DNA of 64,000 nt, taken from the NCBI RefSeq assembly GCF_009914755.1, contig NC_060933.1, one strand, 5' to 3'. Source of the stretch: the human T2T-CHM13v2.0 reference genome, Homo sapiens. A program made the translations under genes and the position numbers. The notes beneath the pieces were generated by a model. It was given only the letters and a program-made list of their open reading frames with translations, ran no database searches and was not told where the DNA came from. Positions 1 to 13,909 of this stretch are shown piece after piece. Each line of letters begins with the position of its first letter. The first letter of the stretch is position 1.

Positions 1-142
1 CCAGCAAATTTTCTTTATTTTTGTAGATACAGGGGTCTCATTATGTTGCATAGGGTGGTCTCGAACTTCTGGCTTCAAGTGATCCTCCCACCTCAGCCTC
101 CCAAAATGCTGGGATTACAGGTGTGAGCCACTGTGCCCAGCC
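1..142 (-). mobile_element. Alu (AluJ-like) left arm, truncated by window edge
   Basis: Reverse-complement Alu 5' end: ...caagtgatcctcccacctcagcctcccaaaatgctgggattacaggtgtgagccactgtgcccagcc. Confidence 0.95.
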
Positions 143-189
143 ATTATCTGTCCTTTGAATCTGTGGTCCCATCCTGTCGCCTAGACCCC

Positions 190-315
190 CCCAAAACTCA
201 TGAGAATGAGGACCATGTCCATTTTGTTCCCTGCTATACCTACAGTGACAGAACACTCTCTGGCAAGTAGTAGGCTCTTAAATATTTGTGGAATGAATGA
301 ATGGATGAATGAATG
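190..315 (+). mobile_element. LINE-2 3' end
   Basis: gaacactctctggcaagtagtaggctcttaaatatttgtggaatgaatgaatg resembles the L2 terminus with (TGAA)n tail. Confidence 0.8.
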
Positions 316-1129
316 CATGGCTAATGGGGGTTGTGAGCAGGCTAGAGGTCAGACGCTGAGGACTGGCTCCCACAGAAGGTTCTGTTGAGGGTCAAGGAGT
401 CAGCTCTTGGGGTTTAAGGGGCTCACAGTTCTTTCCTCACCCTTGCTGCCCCCACCTGAGGGGCTTGGGCCCTCCAGCTCTGGTTTCCCGACCACCAAGG
501 TGAGTGTCTGAGGCCAGGCGTTATGAGGGCAAGAGAAGCAGCTTTTCTGCTTTCATGGGACACCGCTGGCCAATCCAGCCTTTGCTTGCTCCAGGCTAAA
601 TCTACTTGTTCATTCATTTGACAAACCTCGAATGCCTAAGAGTACGGAGTTCCTAAGAGCAGCGTGAGGCGGCTCGCAGTGCTGGGCTAGGCTTTGTCAC
701 TCCCATTCTCTCTCGGGCCTCTTGGCCCTCCACCACGGACACAGCCTTGTTCTCTTTGGCTGGGGTCTCAGGACACTCTTCTAGGGACTCCAGGGACTCA
801 CCCCCAGCTCCGTCCGCTGTTAGTCACCAGTCAGTGTACCCCAACCGAGCCCTCAGGTCCATCCCAACCCTACCCCCCGGAACATTTTGGTTACCCCACT
901 CCCCAAAGGAGAATCAAATCAGGGTACCTCCTACAGCCTGAAAGGGTTTTCCCTTTAGAAAGGCTTCAGGCTTAAGACTCTGCATTAGGGTTATAGAGTG
1001 ATCTGTCTGCCAGCTGCTCCGGGCCCTCCTGGGGAGCAGGGGACATGTCAGAGCCATGTCTGTATTCTCAGCCGCCAGAAGCAGGAGGGGCAGGGGCTAG
1101 GCACTGGCTCTTGGGACTGCCAGGGGCAG

Positions 1130-1220
1130 GCTGGCACTTCATCATTCTTTAGTTGGGCACCCTTGGACAAGTGACTAGACCTCTCTGAGGCTCAGTTTTC
1201 TCATGTGCGAAATGGAGAGA
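1130..1220 (+). mobile_element. MIR fragment
   Basis: MIR core ccttggacaagtgactagacctctctgaggctcagttttctcatgtgcgaaatgg. Confidence 0.8.
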
Positions 1221-1250
1221 ACGCTGGAATCCACTGCAGAAGTTCAAAGG

Positions 1251-1669
1251 CAGGGCTGTTAGTGTACCGCGGGGCCCCTTGGCAGCCTGGGGAAGCCTGT
1301 GGGCCCCTTCCCAGAGCACTGGTTTTTAAATGTGTAAGGTAATACACACAAGATTATAAAGAAAACCAATTTATTAAAATATAGCTATCAAAGTATAAAA
1401 ATTTGCGATAGGCCCACACAGATCCTTCTTTATTAACACATTACATGGCAAGATTTGGTGTCAAGTCAAATAGCTGCCATGATTTCAAGTTGGTACCAAG
1501 CATAAGGCATGTTCTAAGAAACCCGTGGCAACTGTAAGGTGATGTGGGAACACCCGTGCTTTCTACCAGTGACAGTCACGGATGTTGCCGATGCCACATT
1601 CCCAATGGAAGAAGATGCTAAATTTCATTTAGATCAAGTCAACATCCCCGTTTAGGTTTAGGAGCCCTG
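1251..1669 (+). mobile_element. hAT-Charlie non-autonomous DNA transposon (Charlie4a/MER80-like)
   Basis: cagggct...agccctg termini; degenerate 8-bp TSD ttcaaagg/ttccgagg; internal sequence resembles recalled Charlie4a consensus. Confidence 0.75.
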
Positions 1670-1914
1670 TTCCGAGGGATGCACCCGGGGCTGGAAATGG
1701 GATCCAGGGAGAAGTAGCACCGGGGGCAGAGGTGAGGAGGGGCGGGAAGAGGGATGGCCACCGGCTAGGGCTGGCCTGACGTGAGACTGTGTGGGGCTTG
1801 AGCCCAGGGTTCTGAGTGCAAGTTCTCCATTGGACTGTGGCACCGGTCTCTAGCAAAAGACAGGCAGTATAGACGCATAACAGTTACCACCCACAATAAC
1901 GGTGGCTGGCAACA

Positions 1915-2155
1915 GCACAGACTTACTGAGCACCCACTGTGGGCCATGGCTCAGGCTATCACATCTCATTCGCTGTCTCAGTTAATACAGCAGCCCTGCA
2001 AGATCACCGTGACCGTGATGCTCAGCTTTCAGGTGAGGACGCTAGAACTCAGAGGGGTCACACCACCTGCCTGAAGCCATACGGCCAGGGGGTGGAGAAG
2101 GTCAGTATCAAACCTAGGTGGGGCTAATTCCAAAGACCATGATCTTAACTGCTGG
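1915..2155 (-). mobile_element. MIR
   Basis: acttactgagcacccactgt...tttcaggtgaggacgctagaactcagagggg...caaacctagg, reverse MIR. Confidence 0.7.
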
Positions 2156-2174
2156 GTGATGTTTAAAATGTTTA

Positions 2175-2484
<310 letters not shown>

Positions 2485-2934
2485 AAATGCTTGTTTTATA
2501 ATTTAGTAGGTTTCAAAAGCAACTCATTATTTTTATCTTTGAAAAAATCATGTATGAAGTTGAGCAGGTCTCATGCTCTGCTGTACTAAGGTTGTGCCTT
2601 CTTGGGGAGTTACCTGTTCAGGTACCTGGCCTCGGTGCAGGATCTTTGGCAAACCTACTGGAACTTGATGTGGTTCTCATCAATTTGTGCTGACTCTTTA
2701 AATAGTACAAATCTTTACTGCTTTCTGAACAGTGAATATGTGTTTGGCATCTTCATTTAGAAATTCCTTCCCATTTGCCAAACATACAAAAATACCCCAG
2801 TGATGAATGCTTGAATGCTTGGGTTATTTGCTTTTTTTTTTTTTTTTTTTTCACTAATATTTATTAGCGGTAGGATTCATTCCAAAATAGACCAATGTCC
2901 ACATCATCAGATGGCAAAGGAGCCTCCTTTTGGA

Positions 2935-3280
2935 ATAATCATTCTCAAGCCTGGCTAATCACCAGACCCAGTGAGGCAGTTACAAAAAACACAGGCTCCG
3001 GGCTGCCCATTGGAGATGTTGATTCCTCAGTACATTGGGGCCTGGGCCTCTGCATTTTGGCGGGGGGCTGGGGGGGTCTTCCTTTGTTGCCAAGGCTGGA
3101 GTGCAGTGGTGCAGTCATAGCTCACTGCAGCCTCAAACTCCTGGGCTCAAGTGATCCTCGAGCCTCAGCCTCCCAAAATGCTGGGATTACTGGCATGAGC
3201 CACCATGCCCAGCCGGGCCTCTGCATTTTTATAGAGTCCCTCTGCTTGTACTGAAGACACACCAGTTTGGGGAGCAGCTT
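2935..3280. mobile_element. MER5A-like hAT MITE interrupted by an Alu monomer
   Basis: ttctcaagcctggc...gattc...ggggcctgggcctctgcatttt...agtttggggagcagct. Confidence 0.6.
3059..3214 (-). mobile_element. Free Alu monomer (FRAM/FAM-like)
   Basis: Single Alu arm flanked by perfect 15-bp TSD gggcctctgcatttt (3044-3058, 3215-3229). Confidence 0.9.
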
Positions 3281-3379
3281 TGGGGGACCTCTGCTTTAGG
3301 ACACTATTTGTCTGAACAATATAGAAAGTCCTGGGTTCATCATGAAGCATCTGAATAGCTACCAGACCTCTGAGCAAGC

Positions 3380-3590
3380 TTTCAAGTTACAAATTCTGGC
3401 TCTGCTACTTACAAGCTGAATGTCCTTGGACAAGTAACTTCATCTCCCTGAACCTCAGTTTCCTCATGTGTAAAATGATAGACCGTGTCTAACTCACAGG
3501 ATGTGATGAAGAGAAATGAGGACCTGTGGGTAACGCAGTAGACACAGTGTCTGTGGTAAGAACCAAGTAAACGTTAGCTGCTATTGTTCC
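3380..3590 (+). mobile_element. MIR
   Basis: aaattctggctctgctacttacaagctg...aacctcagtttcctcatgtgtaaaatg. Confidence 0.85.
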
Positions 3591-3964
3591 TACTACTGCT
3601 TCTAAAACTGCCCTTTGCCATGGTAAATATTCAGGTAGAGCATTTGCTCAAAGGAACCTGGGACTTGGGTACCGGTAATGATCACATCTTTCATAAGGAA
3701 TGTTGCCATGTGGTCACCAAACTCTCAGAACACAAGGGGCTTAGGTGAAAATGTATGGGTCCTAATTCTGGAGCAGGTGGGACGAGGTTAAGGTGACAGA
3801 ACTAGCCGGGACCCCGGTATTGCCACTACAATGCCCTGGGTGGCATGCTGAACCCTGAGGTGTCCAGGCTGGCAAGGCATTGCTACTCCAGGGACCCACT
3901 TGGTGGGTAGGGACAGTGACTGGGACACTGCAGAGGGGAGCAACGTGGCAGGATAGAAGAAACA

Positions 3965-4100
3965 CACATGTAAATTCCAGGTCTGCCATTTACGAGCTGT
4001 GTGATCCCAGCCAGTCCTTTGGCCTCTCTGGTTAATCGTACATACCCTTCAGGGATTTAAAAATTAAAGATATGATGTAAAAGGCTTGGCCAAGGGCCAG
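3965..4100 (+). mobile_element. MIR fragment
   Basis: aattccaggtctgccatttacgagctgtgtgatc. Confidence 0.6.
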
Positions 4101-4449
4101 ACACATCCTGGGCAATTGGTGATGATTGCTTTGATTAATACAGCAGCAGAATCTTGGGAGTCCATTACAGTTGAAGGGAGACCTCTGCCAGGGGCTGGGA
4201 GTGCCAGGCAGGGGGCTAGACGAGGAGAAGGGAGAACAGGAGGGTGCCAAGGCTTTTGACAAAGGCTTGAGACACAGGGCAGATGCCATCCCAGCCGAGG
4301 TAAGGCTTCCCCAGGCCTATCAGACAACAGCCTTGGAACCCCATCCAATACCACCATGACAAAAAGTATTCTCAGTCAATGTGATCTGGAACCAAACATC
4401 CAAAGGAAGAAACTCAAATGTGTACAAACAAATAGTCATTTAGTAAAGA

Positions 4450-5300
4450 GGCCAGAGACAAGACCTATTTACCCTAATCAACGCGTTCCTGTGTTCTTAG
4501 CCATACTCCGCCAGAAACTGTAATGAAAAAAGAGATGCCATTCCCAGAAGCAATGGAAAAATACTTAGGAATAAACTTAATCAGAAATGCGTGTGACCCA
4601 TATAAAGACAACTACAAAATTTTATTGGTGAAATGAAAGGAGACCAGAATAAATGGAGAGGCATACTGCCTTTCTGCATGGGAAGACCGAGTATTGTAAA
4701 AACGTCAAACCACCTCCATGTTAATTTGCAGATTTAATGCAATACCAAACAACCCCGCAAAAGGAACTTGATAAAATGATTCCAAAATTCATCTGGAAGT
4801 AACATTGATCAGAGCATCAAAGAATATTCTGGAAAAGGAGAGCACTGATATATAACCTTACTGAATATTAAAAGATATCATTAAGAGCAATAGTTGGAAC
4901 AGGGAAAATATTGATGAAAAAAGAGAAATAGATTTTAATGGATTTGAATAGAATGCTAGAAATAGATGCAATCACATGTAAAAATAAAATATGATAAACC
5001 ACCACAAAATAAGTGGGTGATGAGTTATTTAGCAAATGCTGTTGGAAAACTGATTAGCAATTTGAAAAAATAGTTTGTAATTTAGAAACACCTTAGACTT
5101 CAAATCAAAACAACTCCAGTTGCATAAAAAATAAAGTTCAGATAAGAACCAAATACTGGAAAAGCTAGCTGAGAATGAATTTGGGTTTTTATTAGATCTT
5201 GAAATACTAGTTTCAAAGGGACAATAAAATGAGTGATATAGAATATAAAATATACTTATACAATCATGTGATGACTAAGTAAAATATTTGCCTGGGGTCA
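4450..5300 (+). mobile_element. Ancient L1 (L1ME-like) ORF2 fragment
   Basis: atacttaggaataaacttaa...aataaatggagaggcatactg...gatttaatgcaataccaa; degenerate, no open frame. Confidence 0.8.
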
Positions 5301-5625
5301 AGAACCATGAGGGTAACAAAATACTCAATGAGATTTTTTTTTTGTTTTAATAATATTTGGTCAGTAAATAAAAATTAAGGGTAAAACACCTGCAAATTAT
5401 TTTTTGAATGATTAAATATTATAAAAATTTAAATACGTATTAACACCTAATCCGTTTACCCACTATTACTCTTCTATTTTTAAAGAGTTAGAAAAACATT
5501 TAAGTCAATCTAATCTCCCAAGTATAATCTCTTACGAGGAGCTGTTGATAAGGGTTCTCATGAATTCTTTAACTTCTAAGAATTCCTGCTTTACTTCACT
5601 TTGATTTTCATCATGCCACGGTTAA

Positions 5626-6630
<1,005 letters not shown>

Positions 6631-7677
6631 CACTTTACACTTTAATACCTTTTGCCAAAGCCCTTTCAGAGCCTCCAGCAAAGTTTCAGAGAGTTTATTG
6701 CCTATTGAGCCATGCTAAAGTTTGGAGGAGGGACCCGAGGGAAAGTTTAAACCAAATTCCAGGGGTGCCAAGAATCAATTCTCAGGAAGCCAAAGTTAGC
6801 ATGAAATCCACAGGGCCAGAAGTAGGGAAGACACCTGGAAACCCACTCATGTAATAAGGACAACCTGAAGCCTGTGCTGGGCAGGACAGTCACGGATGCT
6901 GCTATGTCCTGGTCCCTCTGCAGCCTGAAAGTGGGAGAGCTGGGTTAAAGGCACAGGTGGGGAGGGACACCTCTTTCTGCTGTAAGCACAGACACACAGA
7001 ACAGGTCCACGCCTGCCACAAGGCTATTGGTCCTTTCCCCAGTCCATGTGTAGGACTCTTTAAGCATAAGCCAAAAGCCTCCATCACTCTGGTTTCTGGG
7101 GTCTGCTGTGGCCCCAGGCTGGTAAGTAGGGCACAGGGCTAGGTGAAGTGGAGATGGGGCTGAAGCCCTCTCCAGGAGGCTACAGGGCAGTCCTTTTGGG
7201 GCCAGCCAAAGATCCAATGTATGGAGGCTAGAGGGACAGAAAACAGAGGTTAAGGAGATGTGGTCTGGAAGGTGTGCCTGATGGCTCCAGCACAGGCAGC
7301 GGGCAGTGGCTGACACACGAGCACCAAGGTTTATGGGCCCCTTGTCCCTGACAGAAGGTCCTTGGCCAGCAGCTGGGAGTTGGGGAATATAACAGACCCA
7401 CGCCCACAAAGAGAGGGGATTGGCAGGAGCTGGACAGGGGTCAGAGCCCCTGAGCAGCAGGCAATTAGGATATGAAGCAGCATAACCAGTGAGTGGGTGA
7501 AGGCAGGGGCTCAGTCCTGTGGGAGGAACCCACACAGCATAAGAGAGGAGACGTCTGTGGCTTGGAGGCTGCAAGGACCCCACATGCATCCAGGCAAAAT
7601 CACTCTCCAGACGTGGGCAAAAAGGAATCATCGTGGCAGCTGAGGCTGTTGGTGGGCTCCCCACCCCAGTCATGCAG

Positions 7678-8110
7678 GTTCATCCATCCATTAAACACAT
7701 ATTTATTGAACACCTACTATGCACCAGGCTCCATTCTAAGTGCTAGAGATTCAATGGTGAAGAAATCAGACCCGGATTGCTGCCCTTGTGGAGCTGACCT
7801 TTCAGGCGAAAGAGACAAGCAATAAATGGATAAAAGAAATGGATACATGCAGATGAGTGCACTAAAGAAAAAATGAGCGATAAAGGGGACAGTTTTGTTT
7901 AGATTAGTGGGGAAGGGCTCTGGTGAGAGTGTGAGCAGAATTGGAAAGACAAAGGAGAAAAGCATGCAGGCATCTGCAGGAATGAACATTTCTGGAAGAA
8001 GAAACAGTGAGTGCAAAGTCCTGAGGTGGCGGTGTGGTGGCTTGCTCGAGAACAGTGAGGAGGGCTGGGGCTTGGAGCAAAGCGAGCTGAGCTGGGGAGG
8101 TTTTAGATAA
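7678..8110 (-). mobile_element. LINE-2
   Basis: catccattaaacacatatttattgaacacctactatgcaccagg, reverse L2 3' end. Confidence 0.85.
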
Positions 8111-8449
8111 GGTTAAAGGGGCAGAGGCCTCAGTGGGACCCCCCCCCAGCCCCAGGAGGACTGCTGAAGGCCTGGATGACAATGAACTTAGAGTCTGGTC
8201 CAAAGGGGCTTTGTGGTGACCACCCCCCGTCACCTCTTTATCCAATCATACGATGTATATTTACTGATGTTTGGCACAGAGAGAGGTGTTGGGGGCATGG
8301 CAGAGAAGATGAGCTTACAGTCTGGGTGGCTCCCAGCTGCTCCCACTGCATCTGCAGGAGAATCAGAGGGCCCCCCTGATTCTGAAGTTGTCCCCTCTGT
8401 CTAAACAGTGGCAAAATAACATCATATATTTTCTGTGTGCACACATCCT

Positions 8450-8890
8450 CCTGAGTGTCTGGCACTAAACTAGGAACAGAGGCTGCAGCAGTGAATGAAA
8501 CAGGTTTGGCCTCTACCCTCACGGGGAGACATTTGGCAAATAAATGATGAAATGAAGGTGTAATTGTAACTGTGAGTGCAAAGGAAGAAACAGGCTCCAA
8601 GGGAGAATGATGGGGGAGACTCCTTTTGGATTAGGACAGCAGAGAAAGCATCCCCGACTTGTGACTCATATCCAGGGGACAGTTGGGGTGAGAACATTTA
8701 GCAGAGAAGGAATGGTTTGTGCAAAGGCCCTGTGGCAAGACCTTTGTTTTGACCTGGGGCAAACAGAGTCTGGGTAAGGCCAGCTGAAGTCTTGGAGACC
8801 AAGAAGTTCAGATTTTTCCCAAGTGGATGGCAGTCATTGAGGGCTGTTGAGTAGGACAGTGATGTGTTCTTTGCGTGTTAAAAAGCTCTG
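8450..8890 (-). mobile_element. LINE-2 (continues at ~9570-9770 after L1 insertion)
   Basis: gcagtgaatgaaacagg...gtgcaaaggccctgtggcaag...cattgagggctgttgagtagg. Confidence 0.65.
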
Positions 8891-8894
8891 TTTC

Positions 8895-9537
8895 CAAAGG
8901 CTGGGAAAGGGAAAAATTGTAACTTTTAGTAAGGAACCCTGGCAGACATCACCCTAATCAACTGGTCAAAGTTAATTCTGCCATCATCAGTGACGTGGTG
9001 TGGCTCTCGTATAGCCGTGCTGTGGAGTGGTGGGAAGAGCACTTCCACTCGGTGGTTCCTCCCTTGACCCATTTATGCCTAGTGTTCCATTATTGGAACG
9101 CTAAGCATGTGGGAGTTATTTACATCCTACTGCTCAAGGTCATCGCCAAGGTCTGATTGCAAAAATTCAAAAAATTGCAACCTCAGGCATAAATGAGTTA
9201 AACCCATAACCCAGTTTAACCATGAGAAACCCAGCTGACAAGCCTGCCCAGTGCTCTTCAAAACTGTCAAGGTCACAGCCCGGAGACTAAGCAGACGCCA
9301 CTGGTGTCCTGAATTGGATCCAACACAGACCAAGAACAAGAATGGAAATATGAATGGAATCTAAATAAAATCTGGAGTTCAGCTGCTAGCGGCAAACCAA
9401 TGTTGGTTTCTCAGTTTTACAAATATACGGTGGTAATGTAAGGTGCTGGCGATAGGGGAGGGGTATATGGGAACTCTCTGTCGTTCTCGCAACTCTTCTG
9501 TACACTTAAAATTATTTCCAAATTAAATTTTTAAAAA
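8895..9537 (+). mobile_element. L1MC/L1MD-like 3' end interrupted by MER85
   Basis: cctggcagacatcaccctaatcaactggtcaaagttaa...gggtatatgggaactctctg...aaattatttccaaattaaa. Confidence 0.8.
9068..9197 (+). mobile_element. MER85 (PGBD3 piggyBac-derived MITE)
   Basis: 13-bp TIRs cccatttatgcct/aggcataaatgag, TTGA/TTAA target site, internal palindrome GTTCCATTATTGGAAC at 9084-9099. Confidence 0.93.
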
Positions 9538-10516
9538 TGAAAGCTCAATATGTTTACTTAGAGGAAAATGGGTGGCAGGACTGAAGAGATGGGAGTGGCA
9601 GCAGGAATATTTGGGCAGATGCCAGAGGGAACCGGACGGGACTGAGCAGCACTTTGTGATGAAAAGGGTGTGCGGTGAGGGAGGGGTGAGGGAGGGGAGT
9701 GTCCGGATGACCTGGATCTCTGGCTTGGTCATTGGAGATGGAGGAAGACCCGAGAGGAACAGATTTAGGGAGAGCCTTTGCCTGTATCTGCCCGTGGCAC
9801 CCCTGCATTTGATGACCTGGGCATGGGGCAGGGTTTTTCCAGGATCATGCCTCTTTGGGGAGAACACAGCCCCTGCCTTCTCAGACTCAGGAACTCTTCC
9901 ATCCCCCAACAACCCCCCTCCCAGGGCTGATACAGAGCTCTGAGCCGGTGATGGGGTCTCTGAGGGCAGTCCCACCCCAGCCTTTCCATCCATCAGAACT
10001 GGAGCCTGGAAGTAAGTGAATTAGGGCCGGGCAGGTCAGGCTGGCTCCAGATCCTCAATCAGGTTTGCTGGGGAGGTCCCCAGGGGTCAGCCCAGCTCCC
10101 AGCTTCTGGAGAAAGGCTGCCAGAGGCCTTGGCTGGTGAGTTTCCTGGAATACTGCTGTCTGGGCAGGGGCAGTGAAGAGGGTGGCAGTGGGGTGCGAGT
10201 CACAGGCACTGAGGGAGGGGGGCTGCTGCTGCCCAGAACTAGGGACTTCTTCCAGGACCCTCGGGGGCCCACATGCACAGGATCCCAGTGCCTGAAGCTC
10301 TGCCCACTCCTCTTCCCTGGCCTGCCTTGCTTGCTCTTTGACCTTGAATCTGGCTCTTTGTAGAAGACACTCTTTCTGTATCCCTGGGTCCCTATACCTA
10401 AGGCTGGCTCCTTCCTCTGCTTGTCAAGGGCTCTGTGTCTCTGGACAATTTTCTGCTGTGTCAGGGCTGCAGTTTATAATTTTTCCCTGAAAGAGTCAGA
10501 CTTGGACTTTGTGTTA

Positions 10517-10518
<2 letters not shown>

Positions 10519-10552
<34 letters not shown>
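10519..10552 (+). repeat. (GA)17 microsatellite
   Basis: Direct read. Confidence 0.97.
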
Positions 10553-10555
<3 letters not shown>

Positions 10556-10974
10556 TAGGAAAATCAAGGTCAAGTAAGAGACACAGTAAGAGACAGGCAG
10601 AGAGACAGAAAAAAAGAGAGAGAACCCCACATATAGAGCATAAGAGATGGGGAGGGAAGACAGAGTCAGAGAAAGATGCAAACACACAGAGTGCCAGGAA
10701 GGAGAAGCAGTGATGCCTGCAGGAGGTGTTGGGAAGCTCCGTTCCCCATTTCATTTGGGCAACCCAGTCCTGACCCCTGGTCATCACTGGGCCTGCCTGC
10801 CCTCTCCCTGGACACTGTGCTTGGGTCTAAAACCTGTCCCCCTACTCCCAACTCACCATTCAGCTGCTGGCTCTGAGCCAGCTTCAGCTGGGGGGTCCTT
10901 CACCCTCTATGAGCACGCGGCTCCACCCACCCTGAGCTCAGCAACACGGGCAAAGCCCCTCAGTTTCTCTGGGG

Positions 10975-11080
10975 CTCATTCATTTATTCATTCATTTTTG
11001 TGCCAAGCACAGTGCTGGGCAGTGGGGCATCAGCAGGGAATAGGGCAGAGGGGGTCTCTGCCTCCGTGGTGCTTACCATC
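10975..11080 (-). mobile_element. LINE-2 3' end fragment
   Basis: tcattcatttattcattc...tgtgccaagcacagtgctgggc. Confidence 0.65.
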
Positions 11081-11957
11081 TCTCAGGGGCCCCTGGGGTC
11101 TGGAGTGATAGAAGTGGAGGCAGCATCTCTTTGGACAGTGGCTCCCAGGAGATGTCTTGGCCACGGGGTGCCCTCTGGTCCAGGGGCCTGGGGCAGTGGA
11201 GAGAGGCCCTTATTACAATCTTATCCTTTCCAAAATCACAGTGACTTTCCAGTTTTTTTCTGATGCTGAAGCTGTGCCTTCCCTGATAAAGGAAGAAGGA
11301 GAGAGGGACCGTCAGCAGGAGGACTTGTGGCCTCTTACCTCTGACCTGTGTCTGGGGTGGGCCCCTTGTTATGGGGCATTTGATGATCTTCAGCATCCAG
11401 GTCTTACTGGACATCCAACATCCAGCACCTACCAGGTCAAAGCTCAAAACTCCAAAATGCTCACATTCTTCTCCCCACCCCCCGCCACCCCTTGGACCTG
11501 GTTTTTGCAGGGACTGGAGCTGTCCCAGGGTCTAAGGGCACATTTGACTAATGGAAGAAGAAAGAGAAGCCACAATGCAGATGTGTGGTCCTCTGACGAA
11601 GCCCTCCTGCCTCCAAAAGCTCCCCTGGTGGGGAGGAGGGCCACACACCTGAGCCTTGATCTTCTTCCCAGTGATCGTGGACATTACACCCCAGTGCAGC
11701 ATGGCCGGTTAAGTACAAGTGCCCATGAGTTCACAAAGAAGGGCTGTGCCACGCAGAGGTGAGGCAGATACACCCCACCCACACAAGGAAGCCGTGAGAC
11801 CTGCAGGAGGGATGGGAGCCAGCAGGAGAAGGAGGAGTGAGGCAAGAAGGGATGGAGAGAAACTTCCAGGCAGGGTTCTGGAGAAAGTGCTTGGCAGCTC
11901 TGGGCACTGAAAGAAGAGGGAGTGGTGGGGAAAGGGGTGGGAGTGGGAGTTGGTGGC

Positions 11958-12312
11958 TGATATGTTTTGGCTCTGTGTCCCCACCCAAATCTCATCTAGA
12001 ATTATAATCCCCACACGTTGAGGGAGGGACCTGGTGAGAGGTGATTGGATCGTGAGCGCAGTTTCCCCCATGCCGTTCTCATGATAATGAGTGAGTTCTC
12101 AGGAGATCTAATGGTTTAAAAGTGTTTGGCAGTCCCCTTCTCACTCTCTTGCTGCTATGTAAGACGTGCCTTGCTTCCCCTTCTGCCATGATTGTAAGTT
12201 TCCTGAGGCCTCCCTCCCATACAGAACTATGAGTCAATTAAACCCTCCTTTCTTTATAAATTACCCAGTCTCAGGTAGTGTCTTTATAGCAGTGTGAAAA
12301 CAGACTAATACA
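11958..12312 (+). mobile_element. THE1D-like MaLR solo LTR
   Basis: TGATAT...CTAATACA termini, perfect 5-bp TSD GTGGC (11953-11957, 12313-12317). Confidence 0.93.
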
Positions 12313-12989
12313 GTGGCAGAGCCAGGTTCTGAGGGCGAGGCAGGGTGTCTTTGGGTACACACTTTAGAAAGATCATTCAGCTGGTGAGTGAGAGGATTGG
12401 ACAAGTCAAGATTAAAGGTAAGGAAATGGGTTTCCCTATCTGTAAAATGGGATAATAATACCTGCATTACCGAGGGGCCAGACAGAGGGGGAAACTCTGT
12501 AGAACATCTGGTGTGGTGATTCCTAAATAAAGGGTGGACAAGAGCAGGTGCTCCAGGCCGGAGTGGGGCCCTCAGAGACGCAGGTGCAGGCAGAAGGCTC
12601 CCAGCCTGCGTACCACTGTCTCATGCACCTGGAGCCCTGTGAGCTCATGCTCGTTGATTGAGCAAGTGAATAACAGCCATCTGCTGGTCACCATTCCGTC
12701 TTTTCAGTGGCTTGGCAAGGCCAGGTGAGAGACACAGGCATAATATACCTCCCTCATGGCATTGTTGGCCATTTTGAGTGAGACCAGTTCATAAAGCAAA
12801 TATGCGCATGTACGTCCTCAACCATGGTAGCCGCTGTGTTTTAGGACAAGGATGAAATGGCTGCTAGGGGGCCGTGGAGGTGGCGACGAGACCTCCAGTC
12901 CTCTTCCTGGCACCTAGAACCTCTGCGTCCCAGTCATTAGAAAGGCTGTAGATCCCACCTACAACCCCCACACCCCCTACCAAGCCTCC

Positions 12990-13640
12990 CTTGCTGCATC
13001 TCCAAGTCCTCACCCTGGTCCAATCATTCCACGTCTCATGTGGTCCCTGCAGCATAAAGAGTCACAGCTGCAAGGGGCATGCTCTTTCCACCCTGGTCCC
13101 CTGCCCAGTTCTCTACCCCACAGCCAGAGGGAGCTTTTCCAAAGTAAACAAAGCCCATTACTGGGGGATACTCTCCCCTCAGGGCTGCAATTGCTCCCCA
13201 TGGCGAAATAGAATGAAATGCCCCCGCCCTGGCAACACCACCTCCTGCCCTGCTCCCAGCCACTCTACTCCGTCTGACTCAGGGCCTCTGCACTTTCTGT
13301 TCATGCTGCTGGGAAAGTTCTGTCCCCATTGCCTTTAGTGGCTGGCTCATCAGTATCATTCCGCTAAAATGACATTTTCCCTCCAACAAAGACCTGCCCT
13401 GACCAACTCATTTGAAGTGACGACTGCTTATTGTTTTCCCAGATTTATTTTCTTAATAACTTCTGAAATTGAATGACATTTTCTTATTCATGTATTTACT
13501 GCTTCATAGGTGTCAAAATCCAGTGTGTGCTCCATGAGCAGAGGGGACTTGTCTCCCCAGCAGCAGGGAAATGTCCAGCCTGTGGTGCACATCCAATATG
13601 GAATATAGAATACAGTATATAATGAGTAAATGGACGGTGA
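12990..13640 (+). mobile_element. LINE-2 fragment
   Basis: ctctaccccacagccagagggagctttt...cagggcctctgcactttctgttc...ctccatgagcagaggggacttgtct. Confidence 0.65.
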
Positions 13641-13909
13641 GGGAGGGAATGGTGGCAGTGGTGGTGGTGGCAGGAGAGGGAAGGACGGAGGGGTAGGATG
13701 AAGCTGAGGAGGAGGAGAAGGTGGTGAGGACCCCAGTGAGGATGCTCTGTGCCCCTCAGAGGTCCTCATCTGTGCCTTGCTGGTCCCCTAACTTATTAAT
13801 ATCTCAAGGGTTGCACACTGCTCTCAGGGCCAACTCCGAGCATCGTCCAGTCCACAGAACATCCCCAGAGCCCCAGCCACAAAGTCACAAAGCCTAGCCC
13901 TCCTCCCTG

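Noticed and set aside
498-505. Consensus splice donor AG|GTGAGT (others near 46777 and 53810)
   Set aside because: Isolated splice motifs are expected by chance; lncRNA exons cannot be called without transcript data
6945-7673. Longest ORF (242 aa, minus strand)
   Set aside because: No recognisable domain; P/S/L/C-rich composition typical of chance ORFs in GC-rich DNA; no supporting gene structure
11157-11762. 201-aa plus-strand ORF
   Set aside because: No motif or homology I can recognise
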